The notes under the pieces were generated by a model that was not told where the DNA came from, searched no databases, and saw only the letters and a program-made list of their open reading frames with translations. 59,917 nucleotides of DNA, taken from contig CAZYTL010000010.1 in the NCBI GenBank assembly GCA_964650355.1, positions 1-59,917 of the forward strand, read 5' to 3'. The stretch comes from an uncultured Gammaproteobacteria bacterium. GTDB lineage: Bacteria > Patescibacteriota > Microgenomatia > CAYXHB01 > CAZYTL01. Both the position numbers and the translations under genes were made by a program. Shown one piece after another: positions 41,929 through 51,075 of this stretch; the stretch's first letter is position 1, and each line of letters opens with the position of its first letter.

Positions 41929-42657
41929 TTACATCTTTCGCCATAAGCGGAAGAGATCAAGGAAGGATCCGATGATGACGTTGATGTTGGCGCCAGTGCC
42001 TTTGCCGGTGGTGCGCGGGTAATGAGTGACCGGGACCTCTACGATTTTTAAGCCTTGTTTCTGGACTTTGATGAGCCATTCGCTTTCGATAAAAGCACCC
42101 CTCTGGGATTCTAATCTGGGGATTTGATCAATGACCCGACGATGCCAGAGTTTGAATCCAGTGTCGATGTCATGGACTTTGAGTCCAAACATAAGCCAAA
42201 TGAGGTGTTTCCACAACCAAGTATTGAGTTTACGGGTCCAGTGAACTTGACGCTGTTTATAATAGCCGATGACCATGTCAGCCTGGGTCTGGCGTTGGGT
42301 GGTGATGAAGTTGATGATTTCGGAAAAGTCGAATTGACCGTCGGCATCGTTGTAGGCGCACCATTGGTATTTTTGGTGGTAGAGTCCGGTTTTAAGGGCT
42401 TCTCCATAACCTTTATTGGGAGTATGGGTGATCATGCGTAGCTGGGGGTGTTTGCGGATGAGTTTTTCTACGAGGACGGCAGTTTGATCAGTACTGCCGT
42501 CATTGACGACAAGAATTTCGTATTTTTTGCTTACCTGGGGAAGAATTTTAAGAGCTTTTTCTATGGTATTGGTAATGACTTTTTCTTCGTTATAGGCTGG
42601 AAAGAAGACAGACAGTTCTGGAAGTTTGGTGAATTGCGGGGGGGTTTTTAAAGCCAT
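41929..42657 (-). CDS. Family-2 glycosyltransferase (polyprenol-phosphate sugar synthase-like)
   Basis: The start is moved to the ATG at 42657. LSVFFPAYNEEKVI, VVNDGSTDQT and NDADGQFD. Confidence 0.85.
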   Translation of the reverse strand: MALKTPPQFTKLPELSVFFPAYNEEKVITNTIEKALKILPQVSKKYEILVVNDGSTDQTAVLVEKLIRKHPQLRMITHTPNKGYGEALKTGLYHQKYQWCAYNDADGQFDFSEIINFITTQRQTQADMVIGYYKQRQVHWTRKLNTWLWKHLIWLMFGLKVHDIDTGFKLWHRRVIDQIPRLESQRGAFIESEWLIKVQKQGLKIVEVPVTHYPRTTGKGTGANINVIIGSFLDLFRLWRKM

Positions 42658-42819
42658 ATGTGATGAGTATAGCAAATATTAGTAGCTGACTGTATGTTTA
42701 TCAGATGTAGGATGGATCGTGATGCTGGAAAGAGCGGTGAACAGTAAGAGTGAGAGGTGAATGGTGCCCGACTATTTACTATTAGCTAATTGTGATTGCG
42801 AGTGTCAAATATGAATTTT

Positions 42820-43290
42820 CTATGTTTTTCTGCTTACCCATTGCAGGCGTTCGGGCTGGTATTGGGAAAGGAAGGTTTGGAATGATTCGTGGGTGGTTTG
42901 AGGATCGAACTGGGAAGCCAGATAGTGGTTAATAATTTGGTTTTGGATGTCAGGGTCGGGTTGACCGATGGGATAAGTGTCTTGCAGCGTTTGCCAGTTA
43001 GTTTGCCAATGTGGCTGGGGAAAGGGATGTTGGATGAGATGAAGTTTCCATGATTGGGAGTTAGAAGTGTAGATGTGGAGTTCGATAGCCCCGACCGGAT
43101 GCTCTAAAGCCTGGCGGGCGCGAGTAATAAGCAGAAATTGATGGGTGGTAGTTTTGGTCCAGACGCGAATGACATCCATATAGTCAGGGTGCTGGCCTAG
43201 GAGGCGAAAACCTGATTGGAGGTCGGTCTGGAATTTTTGCCACAAGGTTTTGGCTTGGGGTAACTGGTGAGGTATGGTAGCGGGAAGCAT
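42820..43290 (-). CDS. Hypothetical protein
   Basis: 156-aa ORF rich in Q, P, H and W. No motif recognised. Confidence 0.4.
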   Translation of the reverse strand: MLPATIPHQLPQAKTLWQKFQTDLQSGFRLLGQHPDYMDVIRVWTKTTTHQFLLITRARQALEHPVGAIELHIYTSNSQSWKLHLIQHPFPQPHWQTNWQTLQDTYPIGQPDPDIQNQIINHYLASQFDPQTTHESFQTFLSQYQPERLQWVSRKT

Positions 43291-43371
43291 GGGTTCATTT
43301 TATCACTAAATAGAGAGATCACGAAGCAAAGGCATAACACGACAAATAGACAAGGTGAAAATTTCAAGATC

Positions 43372-43400
43372 ACGACATGAAGACAATATCAATGTATAAT
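43372..43400 (+). promoter_or_regulatory. Promoter-like ACGACA-N17-TATAAT, 7 nt upstream of the ATG at 43408
   Basis: Read directly from the sequence. Confidence 0.4.
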
Positions 43401-43407
43401 AGTCGTA

Positions 43408-44592
43408 ATGAAAGATGGGATGCGAGAGATGTTGGTTTTAGCAGGGATAAGTTTGGGATCAACGGCATTGATATGGTTGCCGTTTTTCTTTGGGTTAAGC
43501 GATTTTTGGGGTATGCAATTACCCAGAGACGGGATGGCTGCAGTGGTGAGAAATTATGACGGACCATATTATATTGTAGTGGCCAAGTCTTTATATAATC
43601 CCGAGGTGATTAAGCAGTTCGAGTTTGGATTACCGGTAGAATACTATGCGGCCCATTATCCCTTGTATCCCCTGCTGATTAGGGCCCTTGGTCCGTTGAT
43701 AAGTTTTCCTTATGCCGTGTTGGGAACGACGGTATTATTTAGTGTTTTGGCAGTGTGGATGTTTTATTGGCTGGCAAGAGAGTTGAAGATGAATCAGGCT
43801 TTTGGGTTAAGTGTGATTTTTTTAATTTTGCCTGCCAGATGGCTAGTGGTGAGGTCAGTGGGGAGTCCGGAGCCAGTATTTTTGTTTTGGGTTTTGTTAT
43901 CGATTTGGGGAATGATAAAGAAGAATTACTGGGTGGCAGGCATTGCCGGAGCATTAGCGCAGTTGACTAAATCGCCGGGGATATTGCTGTTTGCAAGTTA
44001 CGGGTTGTATTTGGGGTGGCAGGTGTTATCTCCTCAGCATTGGAAGGAAGCAGTGGTAAGGAAGAATGGCCAAATGATAAAAGGAGCTGCGAATTGGTGG
44101 AAATCATTGCCCTGGAAGGCTTATCCTTTATGGTTAATTCCGGTAACTTTGTTAGGGGTTTGGTGGTGGTACGGGCAGGTATTGGGTAGTTTTTGGGCTT
44201 ATTTCCAGTCAGGAGACAATATTCACTTGTTTTGGCCTCCGTTTCAAATGTTTAATAAGGCGGCGGCCTGGGTAGGGACTTTCTGGTTGGAAGACATTGT
44301 TTGGGTGTTGTTATTAGGTGCTTTAGGAGTAATTTGGAATTGGAAGCGACAAGATGTGATTAGTTGGTTTAGTTTGGTGTGGTATTTGTCGATTTTGTTT
44401 GTATCTCACCGGGATGTGGCTAGGTACGCGTTGCCGCTGATGCCGTTTTTAATTTTGGCATTTGCTCCGGTGTTGGAGAAGAAGGAGTTTAGGTATGCGT
44501 TGATGGTGGTTTTGTTGCCGATTTATTTGTACGCGGTGAATTTCATTGCCGGGAATACGATTGCGATTAGTGACTGGGGAAGGTTGTTATGA
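43408..44592 (+). CDS. Polytopic membrane protein, possible GT-C-type glycosyltransferase
   Basis: 394 aa with about ten TM helices, embedded among GT genes. TATAAT lies 7 nt upstream of the ATG. Confidence 0.45.
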   Translation: MKDGMREMLVLAGISLGSTALIWLPFFFGLSDFWGMQLPRDGMAAVVRNYDGPYYIVVAKSLYNPEVIKQFEFGLPVEYYAAHYPLYPLLIRALGPLISFPYAVLGTTVLFSVLAVWMFYWLARELKMNQAFGLSVIFLILPARWLVVRSVGSPEPVFLFWVLLSIWGMIKKNYWVAGIAGALAQLTKSPGILLFASYGLYLGWQVLSPQHWKEAVVRKNGQMIKGAANWWKSLPWKAYPLWLIPVTLLGVWWWYGQVLGSFWAYFQSGDNIHLFWPPFQMFNKAAAWVGTFWLEDIVWVLLLGALGVIWNWKRQDVISWFSLVWYLSILFVSHRDVARYALPLMPFLILAFAPVLEKKEFRYALMVVLLPIYLYAVNFIAGNTIAISDWGRLL

Positions 44593-44601
44593 ATAGCAGA
44601 T

Positions 44602-44901
44602 TTAAGAAGATTGGTGAGTGATTTGGAGGTTACGAGATTCGAAGGGGACTGTGTGGCCGGTAAAAATTTGATGTGTTCCGCCTCCGGGAGCTCGAAGATC
44701 ATCATGGAAATAGGCATTGTGGCCACTATAGCGTTGATCTTCCCCTCTGGGATCTGTCGGGTGTGAAACACTTCCTACGTCAGCTACAGCAATCCTACTA
44801 TACCCTCGTTCGTCACGTTCTGCTGCAGCAAAGTCCCCGTGGCTAATTGTGGCGAGCACGGTTGCTGGATTCTCTAGACTTTTACAAATTACATTACCCA
44901 T
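44602..44901 (-). CDS. Hypothetical small protein (composition outlier)
   Basis: 99-aa ORF. The local + strand is C>G (for example G 9 / C 20 in 44761-44820). No motif recognised. Confidence 0.3.
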   Translation of the reverse strand: MGNVICKSLENPATVLATISHGDFAAAERDERGYSRIAVADVGSVSHPTDPRGEDQRYSGHNAYFHDDLRAPGGGTHQIFTGHTVPFESRNLQITHQSS

Positions 44902-45041
44902 GTGCTTTATCGCGAGGTGTTATAAAGTGGAGCTTTTTGCAGATGAGAGAATAATAACTCATATAAAGAGAGAAGACAAGGTTTAGGCGAGGATTAGCAG
45001 TTAATTGAAATTTTGAGAGAGCTTGGATTTGAGCATGAAAT

Positions 45042-47207
45042 TCAATTGGGTGGGGAAACATCGTGGGGGAGAGTTTTGATGACGACAGGGTAGGCGTAAA
45101 TGGTGTCGACCAAAGACTCCTGACTGGTTTCTAGCGGAGTATGGGCAGTGGGCGGAAGGTAGAAGAGTTGGCCTACGCAACCAGTTACTGCCCGAACATT
45201 ATAGTCGTATAAGGTATAGTAATCGGCAAATTCCAATCTCAGACGAGTGTTGTCAGGTCCGCAGCTGGCAAGGAACCAAAGTCCGGTTGATAAATCGAAA
45301 TGATGTTCTTGAAGGGTGATTTTTTGATAATCAGAATTATCGATAGAAATTTGGTATTTTTGCGTTTGGTTGGTGAGTGAATTGGCTTCCCAGAGACTGA
45401 ATTGGCTGGTAAGTTGACGGTGGTCGACGTTCATGGTCTTGAAGATAGATGTCCAAGGATTTTGGCCCTGCTTGACCCAGATTTTATCGTTCAAGATTAA
45501 GTAATCATAGGGATATTGGGACAGGACTTGCGGTAGTTGTTTAAAGCGGCTGTTGCGTTGGGCAACTAATTTTTCTAAATCCGGGGCGGAGTGAGGTAAG
45601 GTAAAGATGTTGAGGCCGTCGCTTTCATAGGTTTTATTGGGTGAGCCGACCAAATAAACTCCGGCATCGAAAAGCGAATCGTTTAAGATGGGTTTGAAGC
45701 CGAGAGGAGGGATGTTAAAGATCCAGTCGTCTCTGCCAAATGAGGCGAGCCGGGTTTCAGGCGGAAGTTGTCTGATTTTCAACAAGAGTTCGCTGGTATA
45801 AGGATCAAAGATGAGGCGGTCTTTCCAGCGGTAGGAATATTCATAGAGTAATCCGGGAAGACTACCGGCGAGGTTAATGATAATTAAAGAAATGAAGATA
45901 ATTTTCCAGGATTTAGATTTTAGTTTTTGCCAGACGAGAACGATGACTAAGGGTAAAATTAATTGACTGGGGTGGACGAATCGCATGGCAAAATCGTTGG
46001 CGCGGGGCGAACGGACAAACCAGGTAATGACAATGGGAAAATAGACGGCTAAGGCGAATAAAAGAAACTTGAGGGAAAATCGGCGACGGCGAAAGAACAA
46101 AATAAAAGGCAAAATAAATATCAGTGGTCCGTATTCAGAGAGAAGGCTTAAAATGAGGTTGATTGATTTAAATAAAAAGGTGGAGGGATTAATGAATTCA
46201 AACCCACGGAGATGATAGAAGGACAAGACGTTGGTTCTGGGGCCAAGATGGAAGAGAAAAGGAATGATCAATGGCGTGGTGACCAAGCAGGCCAGAAGGA
46301 GTGGTTTTCTGGTTTGGGGTCGAGCAAGAAAGATGATGGCTGACCAAAATAACAAGGTGAGGGAAACAAAGATGCTGGAAAGAATGACAATGGTATATAG
46401 AGCTGATAAGATCAGCAAGTGAGGTTTTTTTGAGGTAATTAGGAGGTTGATGATGACTAAGGTGATGACAGCGGCCAAAATATGTTGGGGTACCCACAAA
46501 AAGGCCGTATAAAGATTATTTACTGCCAAACCCATCTGTGAATCATGGGCCCAGAGTTCGATATAATGCATAAAACCGGGTGGGCCAAGTTTGGTGGGAA
46601 TAATGTCCCAGCCACCACTAAAGATGAGGAGAAGGAAGCCAAAGAAGAGCAGTTTCCATGAGGAAAGGTGTTGGCGGTAAAGCCAAAATAAGAGAGAGAA
46701 GCTTAATAAGGTAGTAAAAATGACATAAAAGAATAAAATGGTGGTTTGGGTGACGGGCAAGAGGAGGCTTAAAGCAGCGGGAATTAAATAATATCCGTAA
46801 TAATAGGAAAGGTGACCGGGAGGAAAGTAAGGGTGGAGAGGGGGCAGGCCGTGTTGGGTGATGGCAGTGATGGTGTAGAGATGTTTGTAGTAATCTAGGG
46901 CGCTGGTGAACATCACAAATTTGGTCTGGTTGATGACGGGATAGGTGATCAAAGGGGACAGGACCCAAGCGATGGCGGCGGTAAATAAGAGGATTAAAAG
47001 CCACGGGGGCCAAAGACTGAAATTGAAAAGAGCGGATCGGATGGTGGAGAGACTTTTTCTGTAGGATGAACCAAAGATGATCCAGGGAACTGAGCAGCCT
47101 AAAATAAAGCTGAGAATTAAAGTTAAGTGATTGGCTTTAAAAACTGTGAAGGAAAGATATAAGAGGATAGTGGTGAGGCAATAAGGGAAGAGAAGCAGAT
47201 AGATCAT
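45042..47207 (-). CDS. Large polytopic membrane protein (candidate glycan polymerase or GT-C transferase)
   Basis: 721 aa with at least 12 TM helices and a soluble C-terminal domain. Its start overlaps the stop of the upstream GT2-GtrA gene (ATGA). Confidence 0.55.
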   Translation of the reverse strand: MIYLLLFPYCLTTILLYLSFTVFKANHLTLILSFILGCSVPWIIFGSSYRKSLSTIRSALFNFSLWPPWLLILLFTAAIAWVLSPLITYPVINQTKFVMFTSALDYYKHLYTITAITQHGLPPLHPYFPPGHLSYYYGYYLIPAALSLLLPVTQTTILFFYVIFTTLLSFSLLFWLYRQHLSSWKLLFFGFLLLIFSGGWDIIPTKLGPPGFMHYIELWAHDSQMGLAVNNLYTAFLWVPQHILAAVITLVIINLLITSKKPHLLILSALYTIVILSSIFVSLTLLFWSAIIFLARPQTRKPLLLACLVTTPLIIPFLFHLGPRTNVLSFYHLRGFEFINPSTFLFKSINLILSLLSEYGPLIFILPFILFFRRRRFSLKFLLFALAVYFPIVITWFVRSPRANDFAMRFVHPSQLILPLVIVLVWQKLKSKSWKIIFISLIIINLAGSLPGLLYEYSYRWKDRLIFDPYTSELLLKIRQLPPETRLASFGRDDWIFNIPPLGFKPILNDSLFDAGVYLVGSPNKTYESDGLNIFTLPHSAPDLEKLVAQRNSRFKQLPQVLSQYPYDYLILNDKIWVKQGQNPWTSIFKTMNVDHRQLTSQFSLWEANSLTNQTQKYQISIDNSDYQKITLQEHHFDLSTGLWFLASCGPDNTRLRLEFADYYTLYDYNVRAVTGCVGQLFYLPPTAHTPLETSQESLVDTIYAYPVVIKTLPHDVSPPN

Positions 47208-48406
47208 GATTGGTGAGGCGGGCTTTTTTTCCAGATAAGTTTAGTGTACATGAGATAGTTATAAGGCACCACCAGAAAGGCGATGATGATAGGTAAATAG
47301 AGTTGACGATATTGTGGGCCAAAGAGCTTGACTAGCACAGAGCCGGCAATGATTTGGATGACAATAGCGCCGGCAGAGGTGATGTTAAAGTGGATAAATT
47401 TGACGAGGATTTTTTGCAGGCCGGTGATTTGCTGGTCCTTGAAGGTCCAGAGGTTGTTCCAGGTAAAGTTGCTGATGATGGAGATTTCGGCTGATCCTCC
47501 CCAAATGACGATCTCGGGCATGTTGAGCCAGGTGAGGATTTGGAGAGTAGTGGCCTGGACGACGTAGCCGATAAAGCCAACAATGCCGAATTTAACAAAT
47601 CTCTGGATTTGAGGATTGCGCATTTGAAGGATGAAGATGACGCGGAGGGTTTCGATCATTTCGTTGTTGATGATTTTGGACTCTCCGACAGCACGGGGAT
47701 GGAAGTGGATGGGAACTTCTTTGACTTTGGCTCCTGCCTGGACCATTTCATGAAGCAGTTGGATTTTGTAGGCGAATTGATTGGAGACGAGACGTTTGTC
47801 GTTGGGCGTTTCGCTTTTCGGCGAGAAACTTTTAAGCAAAGACTGATGTTGGAGGGCGGATTCAAGGCTGAGTTGATCAGCGAAGCCCTTAACCCGAGTG
47901 AGTTTGAAGCCGGTGGTGACGTCATGGATTTGCGGCAAAAGCAAAAGGAGTCGAGCAGCAAGGTTACCGCAGACGCTAAGGAATTTACGCTTAAATCCCC
48001 AGTGTTTAGGAATGGAACCGCCTTTGATATAGCGAGAACCGATGACGTAATCGCAACCCTGGTCTAAGGCTTTAATCAGTTTTTTAAGGTCATGAGGATC
48101 ATGTTGCATGTCAGCATCCATTTCTACGAAGGCATCTGCTTGGAGATTTTTAATGGCGTACTTCATTCCGGCAACATGAGCAGCACCCAGACCTTGTTTT
48201 TGTTTCCGGAGTAATAAATGAACCCATTTATATTTCTTTTGATATTTTTTTATCTCTTGATAGGTTTTATCCGGTGAGGTGTCGTCAATGAAGAGTAGAT
48301 GAAGATCATGGTGGGGCAGGAGCTGGCGTTGATGATATATTGCCTCTACCATAGGGCCGATGTTTTGGCGTTCGTTGTAGGTGCAAATGTTGATAGTGAT
48401 TTTCAT
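47204..48406 (-). CDS. GT2 (DPM1-like polyprenol-phosphate glycosyltransferase) fused to a GtrA-like membrane domain
   Basis: ITINICTYNERQNI, FIDDTSPDKT and EMDADMQHDP, with the C-terminal GtrA-like helices FVKFGIVGFIGYVVQATTLQIL. Confidence 0.85.
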   Translation of the reverse strand: MKITINICTYNERQNIGPMVEAIYHQRQLLPHHDLHLLFIDDTSPDKTYQEIKKYQKKYKWVHLLLRKQKQGLGAAHVAGMKYAIKNLQADAFVEMDADMQHDPHDLKKLIKALDQGCDYVIGSRYIKGGSIPKHWGFKRKFLSVCGNLAARLLLLLPQIHDVTTGFKLTRVKGFADQLSLESALQHQSLLKSFSPKSETPNDKRLVSNQFAYKIQLLHEMVQAGAKVKEVPIHFHPRAVGESKIINNEMIETLRVIFILQMRNPQIQRFVKFGIVGFIGYVVQATTLQILTWLNMPEIVIWGGSAEISIISNFTWNNLWTFKDQQITGLQKILVKFIHFNITSAGAIVIQIIAGSVLVKLFGPQYRQLYLPIIIAFLVVPYNYLMYTKLIWKKSPPHQS

Positions 48407-49185
48407 ACTCTGTTATTGAGCTTTTGCCAACGGATTAACAGGCAAAGTTTAATGTATTCTATGGTATCACGAAAGAAGGTTTTAAAGTATTTAGGTGAAA
48501 AACTGACTTTGGTTTCCCCTTTTTCGCGCCACTTGAAGGTGACGGGGACTTCGGTAAATTTGGCTTTGGTTTTGCTGAATTCGTAAATCATGTAGTTGAG
48601 AAACCCGTAACCAGTAACAGGGATGCGATCAAAGTTAATGCGGTCAAGTACGCCTTTAACCCGCATAGCCCGAAAGTCACCTTGGTGATCGCTAACTTCT
48701 GTGTTGCCAGCTACGTAGGTAGCAAAGATGGTGTTGGCGATAAAATGGGTAATCCGACGACCTACAGGCCAGCCCTGGACTCCCCCACCCTGAACATGCC
48801 GGGAGGCGATGACTACGTCGAAGCCCTGGTCTATTTGAGATAGAAGTTTGGGGATATCGTGGGGATCAAATTGAAAGTCACAGTCATTGGAAACAATGAT
48901 GTCGGCTTTTAATTTTTTGATGGCATGTTGATAGCCGCGGATGAGGGCTTCTCCCAGACCTTGTTTGGAGCCGGTAAGCAAATGGACATGAGGATGTTTT
49001 TTAAGGTATTTTTCGACCTGGGTTCCGGTGCCGTCAGGAGAGTTGTCATCGACAACCAGGGTAGACCATTGATATTGGGGATGCTGCTTGGCAATTTTTT
49101 CCAAGGTCTCTAGCATGGGAATGATGTTTTCGGCTTCGTTGTAGGTGGGGAGGAGATTAACTACGTGAAGTTTTGCAGCGGTCAT
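48403..49185 (-). CDS. GT2 DPM1-like polyprenol-phosphate glycosyltransferase
   Basis: NLLPTYNEAENI, VVDDNSPDGTG and NDCDFQFDP. Confidence 0.85.
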   Translation of the reverse strand: MTAAKLHVVNLLPTYNEAENIIPMLETLEKIAKQHPQYQWSTLVVDDNSPDGTGTQVEKYLKKHPHVHLLTGSKQGLGEALIRGYQHAIKKLKADIIVSNDCDFQFDPHDIPKLLSQIDQGFDVVIASRHVQGGGVQGWPVGRRITHFIANTIFATYVAGNTEVSDHQGDFRAMRVKGVLDRINFDRIPVTGYGFLNYMIYEFSKTKAKFTEVPVTFKWREKGETKVSFSPKYFKTFFRDTIEYIKLCLLIRWQKLNNRV

Positions 49186-49279
49186 TGAGTGAAGTGTACA
49201 AGAAGTGGCGGAAATTTCGAAGTGGGAAATGAGGTGGGGATAGAAAGTAGTTTTTAGAAGACAAAGAAGCGAATTTCGG

Positions 49280-50302
49280 TCAGCGGAGTTGGCTAAGTTC
49301 GTGGTCGACCATGATGCCGATGAGTTGATGGAAGTTGATTTTAGGCTGCCACTTGAGTGTCTTTTTGGCTTTGACGCTATTCCCTACCAAGGGTCCGGTT
49401 TCCAAAGGGCGGACAAAATCGGGGTCCACTGCTACGTGGTCTTTCCAATTAAGTCCGACGTGTTGAAAAGCCTGCTTACAAAGATCTTTGACAGTGTGGA
49501 TTTCTCCGGTGGCAATGACGAAGTCGTCGGGTTTGGGGTGTTGAAGCATGAGCCACATGGCCTGGACATAATCTTTGGCATAACCCCAGTCACGTTTGCC
49601 CATTAAGTATCCAAGGGTGAGTTTACCTTGTTTATTGATCAGAGGCTGGCCTTTTTCGTTGAGGGGGAGGTTGTGTTTGATGCCGAGTTTGATACAAGCT
49701 GCTGCCCTGGCCACCTTGCGAGTGACAAAGTGAGGACCTCTTCTGGGGCTTTCGTGGTTAAACAGGATGCCGCAGGCAATAAACTGTTTATAGGCCTGGC
49801 GGTACATTCTGGCCATAAAGTGAGCGTAAAGTTTGGCTGCGCCATAGGGATTATTAGGGTTGAAAGGCGTAGTTTCTGATTGGGGAATTTGCAAAGCATC
49901 ACCGAACATTTCACTGGTAGAGGCTTGATAGATTTTGGCTTTGGGTGATACTTGTCTAGCGGCTTCAAAAACTCTGACTGCTCCCATACCGGTAATGTCG
50001 GCAGTATAGAGTGGCTGTTTCCAAGAGTCTGCCGGAGATGATTGAGCGGCTAAGTTATAGATTTCGTGAGGTTGGTATTCGCGAATGATGTCGGTAAGGA
50101 TGCCGCTGTCATTGAGGTCTCCGTAAACCAGTTCCAGGTCGGAAAGCAGGTGTTGAATGTTGTTCAAGTGTTGTTGAGCGCTCCTGCGAACGAAACCGAC
50201 TACCCGGTAGTTTTTGGAAAGAAGGAGTTCGGAGAGATAGGAGCCGTCCTGGCCGGTAATGCCGGTGATGAAAGCGATCCGTCTGCGGGATTGGCGAGCC
50301 AT
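49280..50302 (-). CDS. gmd: GDP-mannose 4,6-dehydratase
   Basis: The start is moved to the ATG at 50302. FITGITGQDGSYLSELLL, YQASTSEMFG, PYGAAKLYA and GILFNHESPRRG..FVTRK. Confidence 0.92.
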   Translation of the reverse strand: MARQSRRRIAFITGITGQDGSYLSELLLSKNYRVVGFVRRSAQQHLNNIQHLLSDLELVYGDLNDSGILTDIIREYQPHEIYNLAAQSSPADSWKQPLYTADITGMGAVRVFEAARQVSPKAKIYQASTSEMFGDALQIPQSETTPFNPNNPYGAAKLYAHFMARMYRQAYKQFIACGILFNHESPRRGPHFVTRKVARAAACIKLGIKHNLPLNEKGQPLINKQGKLTLGYLMGKRDWGYAKDYVQAMWLMLQHPKPDDFVIATGEIHTVKDLCKQAFQHVGLNWKDHVAVDPDFVRPLETGPLVGNSVKAKKTLKWQPKINFHQLIGIMVDHELSQLR

Positions 50303-50351
50303 ATGAATTAATATACAATAATAAGGCAAATAGGAAAATGATTAATTAGAT

Positions 50352-51047
50352 ATGCAGATTGATATATTGACGATTTTTCCGGAAATGTTTAAGGATGTTT
50401 TAGAAGAAACGATTCTGAAACGGGCGCAAGAAAAAGGCTTGGTCGAGATTAACGCGCATAATTTGCGGGATTGGACTACGGATAAACATAAGACGACGGA
50501 TAACCGGCCATTCGGAGGAGGGGCTGGGATGGTGATGAAAGTAGAACCGATATACAGAGCGATTCAGGATTTAAGATTCAAGAATCAAGAGCTAAGTAAG
50601 ACGGTTCTGCTGACTCCTCAGGGAAAGGTTTTTAAGCAATCAATAGCGGAGGAGTTAGCGAAGTTAGAGCAAGTGATTTTGATTTGTGGAAGGTACGAAG
50701 GTGTGGATGAACGGGTAAGGGAATTGGTTGTAGATGAGGAAATTTCTATCGGTGATTATGTGTTGTCAGGAGGAGAAATTCCGGCGATGGTGGTGATTGA
50801 TACCCTGGTGAGGTTGATGCCTGGGGTGTTAGGGAATGAAGAATCGCTGCAAAGCGAATCTTTTAAAGAAGGATCACTGGATTATCCTCAATATACTCAA
50901 CCAAGGGAGTTTCAAGGATTGAAAGTGCCTGAAATACTACTAAGTGGCCACCATGAAGAAATTGCCAAGTGGAGGAAAGAACAGGCTTTACAAAAGACGA
51001 AGGAAAAAAGACCAGAATTAATAAAAGATGGTAAGAAGGGTAGATAA
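50352..51047 (+). CDS. trmD: tRNA (guanine37-N1)-methyltransferase
   Basis: [38 protein letters not shown] and [10 protein letters not shown]. Confidence 0.95.
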   Translation: MQIDILTIFPEMFKDVLEETILKRAQEKGLVEINAHNLRDWTTDKHKTTDNRPFGGGAGMVMKVEPIYRAIQDLRFKNQELSKTVLLTPQGKVFKQSIAEELAKLEQVILICGRYEGVDERVRELVVDEEISIGDYVLSGGEIPAMVVIDTLVRLMPGVLGNEESLQSESFKEGSLDYPQYTQPREFQGLKVPEILLSGHHEEIAKWRKEQALQKTKEKRPELIKDGKKGR

Positions 51048-51075
51048 TATCGGAGATGGAAAAATTTTTTAGCGA

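Noticed and set aside
668-49968. Numerous 60-175-aa ORFs antisense to confident genes (for example 668..910, 1178..1483, 3984..4400, 12039..12270, 15859..16158, 19648..20103, 27513..28304, 36328..36834, 47332..48067, 49289..49968)
   Set aside because: They lie entirely within stronger genes on the opposite strand. They have low-complexity or biased composition (S, P and R runs) and no motifs. The strong strand skew makes stop codons rare in antisense frames, so they are treated as shadow ORFs.
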